DNA of 63,896 nucleotides, filler included, from Octopus bimaculoides (GCF_001194135.2; 4 parts of 4 records of this genome joined end to end with filler, not necessarily neighbours in it); one strand, 5' to 3'. Numbered from the whole stretch's first letter, positions 23,888 to 35,234 are shown. A program made the numbers and translations. Notes: generated from the sequence alone by a model not told the origin.

Positions 23888-26800
23888 CAATTTATTTTTG
23901 CCAAGCAGCTAAGTTATAGGGGACATAAACAAACCATCACCAGTTGTCAAACAGTAGTAGGGGATAAACACACACACATATGTACATATATACATATATT
24001 ATATAATACACACATACAAACACACACACATATATATAACTAATTTAGAGACGAACCACCATTCCACAACTCAGTCAATGAAGAACCTGTCCAAAATCAT
24101 GTTGTGAGACATCTACCATACAAAATACTAATCGAAAATTTTAATAATATATAATATTAAACAGTAAAATTATTATAAACATATAATGTATAAGGGCAAA
24201 TATTTTAAAAATCACAGCGAATACCATACAAAGAAACATTCATCATAAAAATATTAATTTAAAAATCAAATAAAATATCAATTAAACAATAAAAATTAAT
24301 ACAATAATATAATGTATAAAAGTACTTAAAGATGGACAAAAAGTACATAAAAGTACATAAAGATGGACAAAACGCTGCTAAGTATTTTGACGCCACCTTA
24401 ATAGTAATATTAATAATAGGATAGAAAAAGAAATACAAGTAAAAAAAAACACAACATTACTTTATTCGTGACTTCCAATGGACAACTTTCTGTTATGACA
24501 GAACGAACTTTCTCTTTTGGGATAGCATTTTGTTCAATCAAGATGTCAGCATCAACACTGAAGAATAAATGTGTATATTTATATAATAATAACAATAATA
24601 ATAATAATGAAATTATTGTGTATAGTGCTCAGGTGCACTGCAACTCATCAACGTATACAATACATAGAATTATGTACAAAAGTCAGGAAAGTGAACTGTG
24701 TATGAGACGTGATATATGTGTGCATGCGTATGAAGGTGGGGATACATCAGGTGTAGTGTTGGCGAATTTCAGGAAGCATGGAGGTTTTAAAGAATGCAAT
24801 GTCTCAGCAACTAACAACTGATGCAGATAGTTTGTTCCATGCTTCAGCAACTCTGAGTGTGGAAAAATGTTTCCGAAAGTCATTGGAGCTGTGCTTTTTT
24901 CTGACTTTGTAGGCATGCCCACATGTGTGTTAGACACATGGAGCTTAAAAAGGTGCTGAAGGTGGTTGTTGGTATGACGGTTAATAATTTTGTAGATGTT
25001 TACCAAGTCAGTTGCCAGGCGTCGGAGCTTCAATGTATCCATGCCCAGGGAAGCAAGGCATTCAGAGTTTGGTAGATGCCTGATGGAAGGTATTTGCTTG
25101 GTTGCACATCTCTGAACAGTTTCCAGGAGGTCAATGTTCTGAGCAAGATAGGGGTTCCAGACTGGTGATACAAATTCCAAGTGTGGCTGCACCATAATCA
25201 TATACAACCTTAAAAAGATAGCTGGAGAGCGGCTGACAAAGGTCTTGCTGAGTGATGCCAAGATACCCTTGGCCTTCTTGATAATTTTAGAGATGTGCTT
25301 CGTCCAGCACACATCGCTACTGACTGTTCACAAGAAGACTTTTTGATATTAGTTTTGTGGAGAGAGTACAGATGACTGTATCACCCTCTACCATCCTTTT
25401 TGTTCCCAGTACCAACATAAAAGTTTCCATTGCCTTGCAAGGGGTAGTTCCACCCAGTTTGAGAAAGTCTGTATTAGAGAATGTCCATAGGCAACCTACA
25501 TCTATTAAAAACACAGACTGCTTTGTTGTATTAATAATTCTAAAGTAATTGCAAAGTTATCTTTCTAAAACACTACTCACGTGCTGTAGAAATCATTGGT
25601 TACAACACAGATATTGCGATCTTTCAGAATCTTACACACAGCAAGGATAATGGAGGTTTTCCCTGAGCCAACTGGACCATGAATGCCCACTGTAAATGCT
25701 CGCTGAAATAGAACATAAGTTATTTTATACAATTTTGCTTTACTTTTTTGTTTGGGGAAAAACAATATCAATTACAGTTACTATGGGTTTCAGGCGGTGG
25801 GGTAGTGAAGAAGACCACAGATTTATAGTTGTCATTGTTTCAGGTGGTGGAATAGTGAGGAGGACCAGTCCACCTTAAGATATAGGGATACTGGCACATC
25901 GTTTGGTAGTCCCTGGCAACTGTTTGGTAGTCCCTGGCAACTGTTTGGTAGTCCCTGGCAACTGTTTGGTAGTCCCACAGATGTAGAGAGCCACTGCTAA
26001 TCTGTATTATGGTTGTATATGAATGAACCCTAAAGGATTGCTTTACCTGGGGGGCTTATAATGCTGTTATGATGGCCCTAGGAGAGACTTATAACTATAT
26101 TTGCTCTCATTTCACTTAGCGCAACAGTGAGGAAAACTACCAACCAAACAATTGTGAGATCAAGCCCTGCAGTTACATTGCAGTTGTTGTTGTTGCTGAG
26201 ATAATTGTTACTAAATCACAAGAATGTATAGATACAATGTTCAGTTTTGGTTTCTATATATCAAGGATATGAGAAGTGCCAATTTCACTGGATGGGCTTA
26301 CAACAAAAAAAAAAAAGGAAAATTAAATAAATTCATTTATTTGGAAATTAAAGTTATTTAAATCTACTTAAAACTCCCTGATGAATTAAAGGTTGTTGAC
26401 TCAGGTCACCACCACCATCAAATGTTTACTAGTATTCTGTATTTTATCTTATTTCACTAATAAATATCTTATCGGTCTGTTGCTGGTAGATTTCTTGTGA
26501 TGTGTGGAATTGAATTCAGAAATGCCAAACATTGAAATACTTGTAGTAAAGATTGTCTGCCAACATAACATGGCAGTCCTGGTTTAGGACTAATGTTGCT
26601 GTAATTTAGCCCCAGGAGACACTAAGTTATGGGGACATAAACACACCAGCACCAGTTGTCAAACAGTAGTGGGGGGCAAACACAAACACAAAGATACACA
26701 CACATATAAACAGACATATATATATGATGAGCTTCTATCAGTTTCCATCTACCAAATCCACTCTCAAGGTTTTGGTCGACCTCGGACTATAGTAGAAGAC

Positions 26801-27036
26801 ACTTGCCCAAGGTGCCTTGCAGTGGGACTGAACCTGGAACCATGTGGGTGGGAAGCAAGCTTCTTACCACACAGCCACACCTTCTCTTCCAGAGGAAAGT
26901 GTGTGAAGAGTGATAAATAGAAATAGAGAAATAGTAATGTAAAAGATATCAAGAACATTTTGAATTGTGTTAGGATCCTTACTTCATTCCAGTTGGTTCG
27001 GTAGAAATTCTGGCCTGGAATTCTTCTGCATGCCAT
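21147..27036 (-). CDS. ureG: UreG-like G3E/SIMIBI P-loop GTPase (divergent urease accessory protein G), spliced, 224 aa
   Basis: Hand-built join(complement) 26983-27036, 25581-25702, 24461-24557, 23112-23259, 22077-22180, 21147-21296 = 675 nt, all GT-AG, phases 0/2/0/1/0. Protein: [224 protein letters not shown]. Motif order matches eukaryotic UreG (RAFTVGIGGPVGxGKT, TND, ESGGDNL, NKxD). Confidence 0.92.
21335..21565 (-). mobile_element. SINE family B copy in UreG-like intron 5
   Basis: GACCCCAGTGCGCAACTGGTAC...GGATGAAAGACAAGGTCAACCTC body preceded by (AAT)n. Confidence 0.8.
21578..21914 (+). mobile_element. SINE family A copy with internal deletion, in UreG-like intron 5
   Basis: GGAGTGGCTGTGTGGTAAGTAGC head through the ACAAGTAAAAGAGTAAAAGAG tail. 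Confidence 0.9.
22077..22180 (-). CDS. ureG: UreG-like coding exon 5 (NKMD, G4 motif)
   Basis: tctgttttctag| acceptor, GAG|gtaggt donor, 104 nt, phase 1 to 0. Confidence 0.92.
22774..22815. repeat. (TTA)n repeat in UreG-like intron 4
   Basis: Direct reading. Confidence 0.95.
23112..23259 (-). CDS. ureG: UreG-like coding exon 4 (ESAGDCL, Walker B region)
   Basis: ttcttatatatag| acceptor, GCAG|gtttga donor, 148 nt, phase 0 to 1; absent from the ORF track. Confidence 0.92.
23745..24040 (-). mobile_element. SINE family A, 3' part, in UreG-like intron 3
   Basis: TTTTACTTGTTTCAGTCATTGGACTGCGGTCATGCTGGAGCAC matches the family tail. Confidence 0.8.
24461..24557 (-). CDS. ureG: UreG-like coding exon 3 (contains ITESCPL)
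   Basis: attcttcag| acceptor, |gtaatg donor, 97 nt, phase 2 to 0; inside ORF 24410..24595. Confidence 0.92.
24590..25560 (-). mobile_element. CR1/L2-type LINE 3' fragment in UreG-like intron 2
   Basis: ORF 24683..25312 [37 protein letters not shown]...L..LKLRRL..DL..IYKII is the typical post-RT C-terminus; (TTA)n tail near 24590. Confidence 0.88.
25581..25702 (-). CDS. ureG: UreG-like coding exon 2 (P-loop [11 protein letters not shown])
   Basis: ctatttcag| acceptor, |gtgagt donor, 122 nt; inside ORF 25577..25771. Confidence 0.95.
25901..25976. repeat. 21-bp minisatellite, 3.6 copies
   Basis: Unit GTTTGGTAGTCCCTGGCAACT at 25901, 25922 and 25943, plus a partial copy at 25964. Confidence 0.95.
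26610..26880 (-). mobile_element. SINE family A, 5' two-thirds, in UreG-like intron 1
   Basis: TCAGTTTCCATCTACCAAATCCACTC...GACACTTGCCCAAGGTGCC...CCACACAGCCAC. Confidence 0.85.
26983..27036 (-). CDS. ureG: UreG-like coding exon 1 ([18 protein letters not shown])
   Basis: ATG in ATAATAATGG context; GAA|gtaagg donor, phase 0; acceptor tttttttag at 27060 gives 23 nt of leader. Aligns with the plant/fungal segment just before RAFTVG. Confidence 0.8.
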
Positions 27037-27086
27037 TATTATATGAATGAATAACAGGTCTAAAAAAAGAGACATAAAATGTCATA

Positions 27087-27147
<61 letters not shown>

Positions 27148-27164
27148 AAGAGAGAGATAATGTC

Positions 27165-27360
27165 AACCCTTTTGCAACCATATTTGTTGAAATACACTAT
27201 TTTTTATTTCAATTAACTTTGAAAATATTGAAGAATTTAGTAAAATAGCTTTGCCATTAATAAGCTGGTGTTTGGAACATAAATTAACAGGAAATTTTGA
27301 TGGACAGTTTTAATTTAGATTATTTTAATACCGGAAATTTGTGTCATAAAACTAAGGGTG
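27165..27360. repeat. AT-rich dispersed repeat, possibly a non-autonomous DNA element
   Basis: Related segments near 6990-7300, 27860-27960, 45020-45190 and 45740-45960 (…AATTGAAACAAAGGCAGTGTATTTCAACAGAAATATGG…AAAAGGGTTAA). Confidence 0.65.
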
Positions 27361-28083
27361 ATCTATAGCACATATCGCAGCTTTGTATCACAAGGATTAA
27401 ACACTAAACTGGCTGCATATCAAGAGTTTTGTTTTACAATGAAAAAGTTTCAAGTTTCATCTCTTGACATGACACATTGGGCACAAACTTAGGTTAAGGC
27501 AAGCCTGGAGTGAAATTAAATTACATGGTCATCATCATCATCATTTTTTCATGATTGTCTTCCATACTGGCATGGGTTGGATGGTTTAACAAGATTCAAT
27601 GAGCCAGAGACTGTTAACCTCCAATGTCTATTTTTTAGGCACAGTTTCTGCACAGGGATCCCCTTCCTAGTGCCATTGAACTTTTACATTTTTTTCTAAG
27701 AAAACATACATTTTTTTTGTTCTCTTAGCATTATAAAACTAGAACCTTTTGGTAGCTTTCTTGATGCCAACCTGCTTCAGAACACACTTGGTTCTATGAT
27801 ACAAATTTCATATGAAAAACTTCCATTAAAATTCCTTTCTAATTTACACTTCAACCTTCGGCTGAAAAACGACAATTCTATTTTACTAAATTCTTCAATA
27901 TTTTTAGAATTGATTGAAACAAAGGCAGGGTATTTCGACAGGAATATGGCACAAAAATAAAAAGTCTAATATATTATTGTATTTGCATATTCGTTCCGCT
28001 TATTCACGGTACCCAAGTCTATTTTTGTATTTTTCCGGATTTTAACCTTCATTAGCAATCTCGCAGTTATAAGTTACGTATGA

Positions 28084-28183
28084 NNNNNNNNNNNNNNNNN
28101 NNNNNNNNNNNNNNNNNNNNNNNNNNNTTAATTAATTAANNNNNNNNNNNNNNNNNNNNNNNNNNNNNNNNNNNNNNNNNNNN
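28084..28183. other. Artificial assembly join: 44 N + TTAATTAATTAA + 44 N
   Basis: The same 12-mer, with stops in all six frames, sits inside N runs at 28128-28139, 55789-55800 and 62446-62457. Confidence 0.9.
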
Positions 28184-28194
28184 ATGTATAAATT

Positions 28195-28425
28195 TATGTG
28201 TGTGTCTTTGTGCCTGTGTTTCTCCCCCCACCATCATTTGGCAACCGATGTTGGTGTATTTATGTCCCCTGTCCCCGTAGCTTAACAGTTCAGCAAAAGA
28301 GACCGATAGGATAAGTACTAGGCTTACAAAGAATAAGTCCTGGGGTTGATTTCTTTGACTAAAACCCTTTAAGGTGGTGCTCCAGCATGGCCACACTCAA
28401 ATAACTGAAACAAGTAAAAGAGTAC
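28195..28425 (+). mobile_element. SINE family A, 3' half
   Basis: GATAGGATAAGTACTAGGCTTACAAAGAATAAGTCCTGGGG...ACAAGTAAAAGAG. Confidence 0.85.
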
Positions 28426-28999
28426 ATACACACACACACACACACACACACATGATAGGCTTCCGGAGACTTTCTATCTATCAAATCCACTCACGAGACA
28501 TTGAAATCAGCCTGGGGCTAAACTAGAACCTGACTGAACCTGGAACCATGGGGTTGGAATTCAAATATCTTAATCACATAGCTACACCTGCACCTATAAG
28601 TGTGGGAAAGGGGGGGCTACATGGACGAATGTTCAAGAAGTCCAGTTCACAATCCCAAGATCCCTGGTTCAATTCCATCACATGTCATCTTGCGGAAAAT
28701 GTCATTTGTCATAGCCACAGGTCAACAGAATGATTACATTTGAAACTGGGGTAGCTGGATATCTGGGTAGAAGGGAAACCCTTTTGACACCTGTCAGATG
28801 CTTGTACCTGTAATTTCAGTGGGTTGATATCATGACATTTTGTGTCAGACTGATCCTGAGAGCTTTTTCTTTCTGAAGTTACACAATATGTCTGTGGAGT
28901 ATTCAGCCACTTATCATCTTGATTTAATGAGATTGGTAATTAATTGGATCAAGCAACTGAGTAATTATCGGTGAAACTGGTGGAAATTCAATTAAGGTG

Positions 29000-30070
29000 T
29001 GTGGTAATTAGTATTGCACACATATACACATGTACACACACATGCACAGTATGAAGCAAACATACACACATACATGCACAAACACACACAGTGTGTTAAG
29101 TACATGTACACATATACACACACAGCATTAAGCACACATGTGTGTATATATTCACACACATAGAACTGCAGAAACACACACATATAGGCACACACATGCA
29201 TGCACACTCACACACACACACACACATAAGCATACACAGATTGTTAAGTACATGTACACACACAGACACACACACATATGCAAACACATGCAGAAACACA
29301 CACACTAATAACACACATACAAATGTACAGAAAGTATTAAGTACATGTATGCCCACATACACACAGAGTATTAAGTATACACATACACACACATAAGCAT
29401 AAACACACATATACATACGATAAACTGACACACACATAAACTTACACACTGAGTATTAAGTACATATACACACACACACTCACACACATACAAGCAAAAT
29501 ACACACACATGAGCACAAGTATAACATACACACATACATGTAAATATAAAATACACACACACACACAAGTACAACACACACACACACAAGTAAGTATAAT
29601 ACATACACTAATTCACTCACGCACACACAAAGGACCACACATATACACACACACACTCACAAAAACACACATACTACTATGTACATATACGCACACATAA
29701 ACATACACACACACACACACATATATACACACACACACAAAAAGATCCACACACACACATAAACATGTGGAAACATTTTGAATTATGTCCACACACACAC
29801 ACAAATATACATACACATGCAAAAATACACACACACATACATATATGTACACATATACACACACACACACGTACATACAATATGCACACACAGTATTAAG
29901 CATACATACATACATACATACATACACATACAGATATACACAGACACACACAAACATATGTATATAATATGCACACAGGGTATTAAGCATACACACATAT
30001 GCATACACATACATACAAACACACTCATGCAAAGTATTAATTACAAGCATGCTCACACACACACACAACA
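29000..30070. repeat. Degenerate CA-rich array with a recurring GTATTAAG motif
   Basis: About 1 kb of (CA)/(CATA) repeats punctuated roughly ten times by GTATTAAG or close variants. Confidence 0.85.
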
Positions 30071-30168
30071 AGGAATTAAAAATGGGTCACATAAATAAGA
30101 ACCAGATTAAGAAGCCAAATTACTGATAGGATTAAATATATGGTGCATGCGTGTGTATGTGTACATAC

Positions 30169-30229
<61 letters not shown>

Positions 30230-31211
30230 NNNNNNNNNNNNNNNNNNNNNNNNNNNNNNNNNNNNNNNNNNNNNNNNNNNNNNNNNNNNNNNNNNNNNNN
30301 NNNNNNNNNNNNNNNNNNNNNNNNNNNNNNNNNNNNNNNNNNNNNNNNNNNNNNNNNNNNNNNNNNNNNNNNNNNNNNNNNNNNNNNNNNNNNNNNNNNN
30401 NNNNNNNNNNNNNNNNNNNNNNNNNNNNNNNNNNNNNNNNNNNNNNNNNNNNNNNNNNNNNNNNNNNNNNNNNNNNNNNNNNNNNNNNNNNNNNNNNNNN
30501 NNNNNNNNNNNNNNNNNNNNNNNNNNNNNNNNNNNNNNNNNNNNNNNNNNNNNNNNNNNNNNNNNNNNNNNNNNNNNNNNNNNNNNNNNNNNNNNNNNNN
30601 NNNNNNNNNNNNNNNNNNNNNNNNNNNNNNNNNNNNNNNNNNNNNNNNNNNNNNNNNNNNNNNNNNNNNNNNNNNNNNNNNNNNNNNNNNNNNNNNNNNN
30701 NNNNNNNNNNNNNNNNNNNNNNNNNNNNNNNNNNNNNNNNNNNNNNNNNNNNNNNNNNNNNNNNNNNNNNNNNNNNNNNNNNNNNNNNNNNNNNNNNNNN
30801 NNNNNNNNNNNNNNNNNNNNNNNNNNNNNNNNNNNNNNNNNNNNNNNNNNNNNNNNNNNNNNNNNNNNNNNNNNNNNNNNNNNNNNNNNNNNNNNNNNNN
30901 NNNNNNNNNNNNNNNNNNNNNNNNNNNNNNNNNNNNNNNNNNNNNNNNNNNNNNNNNNNNNNNNNNNNNNNNNNNNNNNNNNNNNNNNNNNNNNNNNNNN
31001 NNNNNNNNNNNNNNNNNNNNNNNNNNNNNNNNNNNNNNNNNNNNNNNNNNNNNNNNNNNNNNNNNNNNNNNNNNNNNNNNNNNNNNNNNNNNNNNNNNNN
31101 NNNNNNNNNNNNNNNNNNNNNNNNNNNNNNNNNNNNNNNNNNNNNNNNNNNNNNNNNNNNNNNNNNNNNNNNNNNNNNNNNNNNNNNNNNNNNNNNNNNN
31201 NNNNNNNNNNN

Positions 31212-31266
<55 letters not shown>

Positions 31267-33031
31267 CACAAAAACAGGTGAATGGGTTATCTCATATTGC
31301 TGCTATTGTTCCTGAAAGAGACATACAACAAAGGCAGAACGAGCATGTTAAGTCATTTAGAAAATTTAATTCAGCTTACCCTAATTAAATTATTCTAAAT
31401 GACTCGAGATACTCGTTCTGCCATCGTTTTGATTTTTCCTCTAATATAATATATACCGGCTAGAACAAAACTCTAATACAGATCCCTAGATCAGCCTTAG
31501 TTGTGATCTTGGAACCTAATAGTCGACCAACTATAGCACTTACCCAGCGTACCTATTTGTTTAGATCACAAACGAATTAAACCCCTAATATTCTTTATAT
31601 ATCATCATTATCGTTTAATGTTTGCTTTCCATACTGGGGTTGATTTGCTCGACTAAAGGCGGTGCTCCAGTATGGCCACAGTCAAAAGACTGAAACAAGT
31701 AAAAGAGTAAAAGAGTATCAAAGTCAAAATGCAATAAAAACTCATTGTTCCCCACAACCTGCAGCAAATATATTTAAACTGTGTCACCAGTGTGCACAAG
31801 TTTATATTTTATCAGATTATATGTGACTTTAAATATTATCGCTTTTAATTAGTGAATATTTTAATTATAGCATTTAAATGAAAATGTGACATTGTGTTTT
31901 TGTTTGTGATTTTGTTTCCTCCAGCAAATTCCCCCCCACCTCACCCTGAACCTTTTATTTCCGTTTATACGTACATACACGCAGACACATATAAACATAT
32001 ATTTATTTCTTTATTGCCCACAGGGGACAAACAAGGACAGACAAAGAGTTTAAGTCGATTACATCGACCACAGTGCGTAACTGGTACTTATTTAATCGAC
32101 CCCCCCTCCCCCCGAAAGGATGAAAGGCAGAGTGGCTACTCATCNNNNNNNNNNNNNNNNNNNNNNNNNNNNNNNNNNNNNNNNNNNNNNNNNNNNNNNN
32201 NNNNNNNNNNNNNNNNNNNNNNNNNNNNNNNNNNNNNNNNNNNNNNNNNNNNNNNNNNNNNNNNNNNNNNNNNNNNNNNNNNNNNNNNNNNNNNNNNNNN
32301 NNNNNNNNNNNNNNNNNNNNNNNNNNNNNNNNNNNNNNNNNNNNNNNNNNNNNNNNNNNNNNNNNNNNNNNNNNNNNNNNNNNNNNNNNNNNNNNNNNNN
32401 NNNNNNNNNNNNNNNNNNNNNNNNNNNNNNNNNNNNNNNNNNNNNNNNNNNNNNNNNNNNNNNNNNNNNNNNNNNNNNNNNNNNNNNNNNNNNNNNNNNN
32501 NNNNNNNNNNNNNNNNNNNNNNNNNNNNNNNNNNNNNNNNNNNNNNNNNNNNNNNNNNNNNNNNNNNNNNNNNNNNNNNNNNNNNNNNNNNNNNNNNNNN
32601 NNNNNNNNNNNNNNNNNNNNNNNNNNNNNNNNNNNNNNNNNNNNNNNNNNNNNNNNNNNNNNNNNNNNNNNNNNNNNNNNNNNNNNNNNNNNNNNNNNNN
32701 NNNNNNNNNNNNNNNNNNNNNNNNNNNNNNNNNNNNNNNNNNNNNNNNNNNNNNNNNNNNNNNNNNNNNNNNNNNNNNNNNNNNNNNNNNNNNNNNNNNN
32801 NNNNNNNNNNNNNNNNNNNNNNNNNNNNNNNNNNNNNNNNNNNNNNNNNNNNNNNNNNNNNNNNNNNNNNNNNNNNNNNNNNNNNNNNNNNNNNNNNNNN
32901 NNNNNNNNNNNNNNNNNNNNNNNNTATATATATATATATATATATATATTTTTTCTTTTTTTTTTTTTCTTTTCAAAGTTTCAGCTCAGAGCTGCGGCCA
33001 TGCTGATGCACCACCGTATATATACACACAC

Positions 33032-33063
<32 letters not shown>

Positions 33064-33479
33064 GTATGCATACATACATTCACATCATCTGTAACTTCTA
33101 TTAGTCATTGTGGCCATGCTGGGGCACAACACCGTTGTCAAACGGTAATTCAGGACAAACGCAGACACAAAGACACACCTGTATGTGTGTGTGCTGATGT
33201 TTGTCTCCACAACCGCTTGACAACGGTGTTGGTTTGTTTATGTTCTCTTACATTAGCGGTTCTGCAAAAGGAACCAACAGAATAAGTACCAGATTTAAAT
33301 ACACCCAAGTACGGCTGTCAGGTGCTCCAGCAAGGCTGCATTCCATATTATGGCGGTTAGAAAGCCACGAAGGACCATGTTATCGTTTGTATGACACAAT
33401 CACATACAAACACACATATACATACACATATATGTGCATGCACACGCATGTGTGGCACTCCGCCGTTCACGACGACGAG

Positions 33480-33770
33480 GGTTCCAGTTGATCCGAGAGA
33501 AAGTTGTGATGAAAGAGTACAACAGGCTACGCTACTCCCTGCGGAACCTCGTGGGGCATTAGGTGTTTTCGTTCAATAAACACTCACAACGCCTTGTCCG
33601 AGAATCGAAACCGCAGAAGAGTTCAACAGGGGTCACCACCACCCACTGCCGGAGCCTCGTGAACCTTTTAAGTGTTTTCGCTCAATAAACACACATAATG
33701 CCCGGTTTGAGAATCGAAACCGCGATCCTCCGACCGCTAGTCCGCTGCCCTAACCACTTACCCATTGCAT
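33480..33770 (-). mobile_element. tRNA-derived SINE (family D), two partial tandem copies
   Basis: Minus strand GTGGTTAGGGCAGCGGACTAGCGGTCGGAGGATCGCGGTTTCGATTCTC matches the head at 42225-42320. Confidence 0.75.
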
Positions 33771-35195
33771 ACATACACATACATGTAAGATATACACACA
33801 CGCTTATATATACATATTTTAGCACACTTTGACACACCTAACACACACATATACACATATATACTTTAATAGACTAACACAGGTAAACAAACACACACAC
33901 ACACGTTTATATATATATATATTAGTCGCATGTAAACGTATTGAGTGACATTTATATATATATACACATATATGTCTCGCCTCTAAATATACAGAGAAAG
34001 AAGAGAGAAAGAGAGATGACAGAGAGAGAGAAAGAGAGAGGGAGATGCGTGCGCGCGTCTGTATGTGTTCGCGCGCGCTGCTCTTCGTTTGTGTGTATGC
34101 GTGTGTGCACACATATTTATATAAATATTATACATATATTTACATACTTACACATACACACACACACACACACACACGCAGATCAGCAGCAGGCACACAC
34201 ACGTTCTTAGCAGTAGCTGCAGGCGCGCGCACACACTAGACAAACACACGCTTACACATAAACACTAACAGACGAACACACACAAAAAGAAAACTAAACG
34301 CACACACACATTTATATAGTGACACATACATACATTCATTCAGTGACACACACACACACAAACGCACATATATATTTATATACACATGCAGCAGCATTAG
34401 CGCACGTGCACATAGCTACACACATACAGAGACAACAGCTGTAGCACATACATACGCAAACAGAGCGTATAAACACATACATATTTATAATAGTGACATA
34501 CACTCACAGCTGTACAGTGACACAAATACATACAGCGAACAGGAGCAGCAGCTACACACACACACACAGCTATATAATCACATTTACACATTCATATCTA
34601 TATCTATCTATCTTTTTATCTATCTGAATAAAATATATATATATATATATATCTCTGTTATAGCTCTATATGTATGTATGTATATATATATAATATATCC
34701 CTGCTGGCTGTTTCATTTCAGTTACATTCTGACGGAGAGAGAGAGAGAGAGAGAGAGTTTTGAGTTTAGATAAAAAGTTTTATTAACAGGAAAAACAGAC
34801 AAATTGGAGTTACATAGGATTATAAGGCTGGCGGTAAGTTATACTGGGTATACGAATATATATGTGTATTAGACGGTGTATATATATATATTTTAGAGGG
34901 TATATATATGTATATATACATATTGGAGAGAATATACTTGTGTGTACATATATATGTATTTATATATTTATATATTATTTATATTATTATATGTATATAT
35001 ATTTAAAATGGGGAAGGCCGGTTTGTGGGATTATCTTTCATTTCCAGTTCATAAAGGGTTTAGCTTTATGACATATCGTCAGATCCCCAAAACCTGTTGA
35101 CCCATGATCTCTTGGAATGGTTTTTGTATACGATACGATACGATATTCTGGTGCCTACACATAAGTACCATATTCAATCTTGAATCTAAATCTAA

Positions 35196-35234
<39 letters not shown>

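Noticed and set aside
26047-26077. Possible extra UreG exon [10 protein letters not shown] with a good gtaaag donor
   Set aside because: It ends in phase 1 while the next exon starts in phase 0, and exon 26983-27036 already joins in frame.
21147-27036. Bacterial contamination, or a HypB/CobW assignment, for the GTPase
   Set aside because: It has five spliceosomal introns containing host retroelements. RAFTVG and ESxGD are UreG-type; HypB's CH and ENVGNL motifs are absent.
31312-31440. Apparent 68-nt minus-strand intron with good splice sites
   Set aside because: The flanking frames all hit stops, and the region is better explained by the inverted repeat.
30076-33094. Long ORFs of 200-450 aa (also at 19382, 35439, 48550 and 56250)
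   Set aside because: They consist mostly of N-gap X residues.
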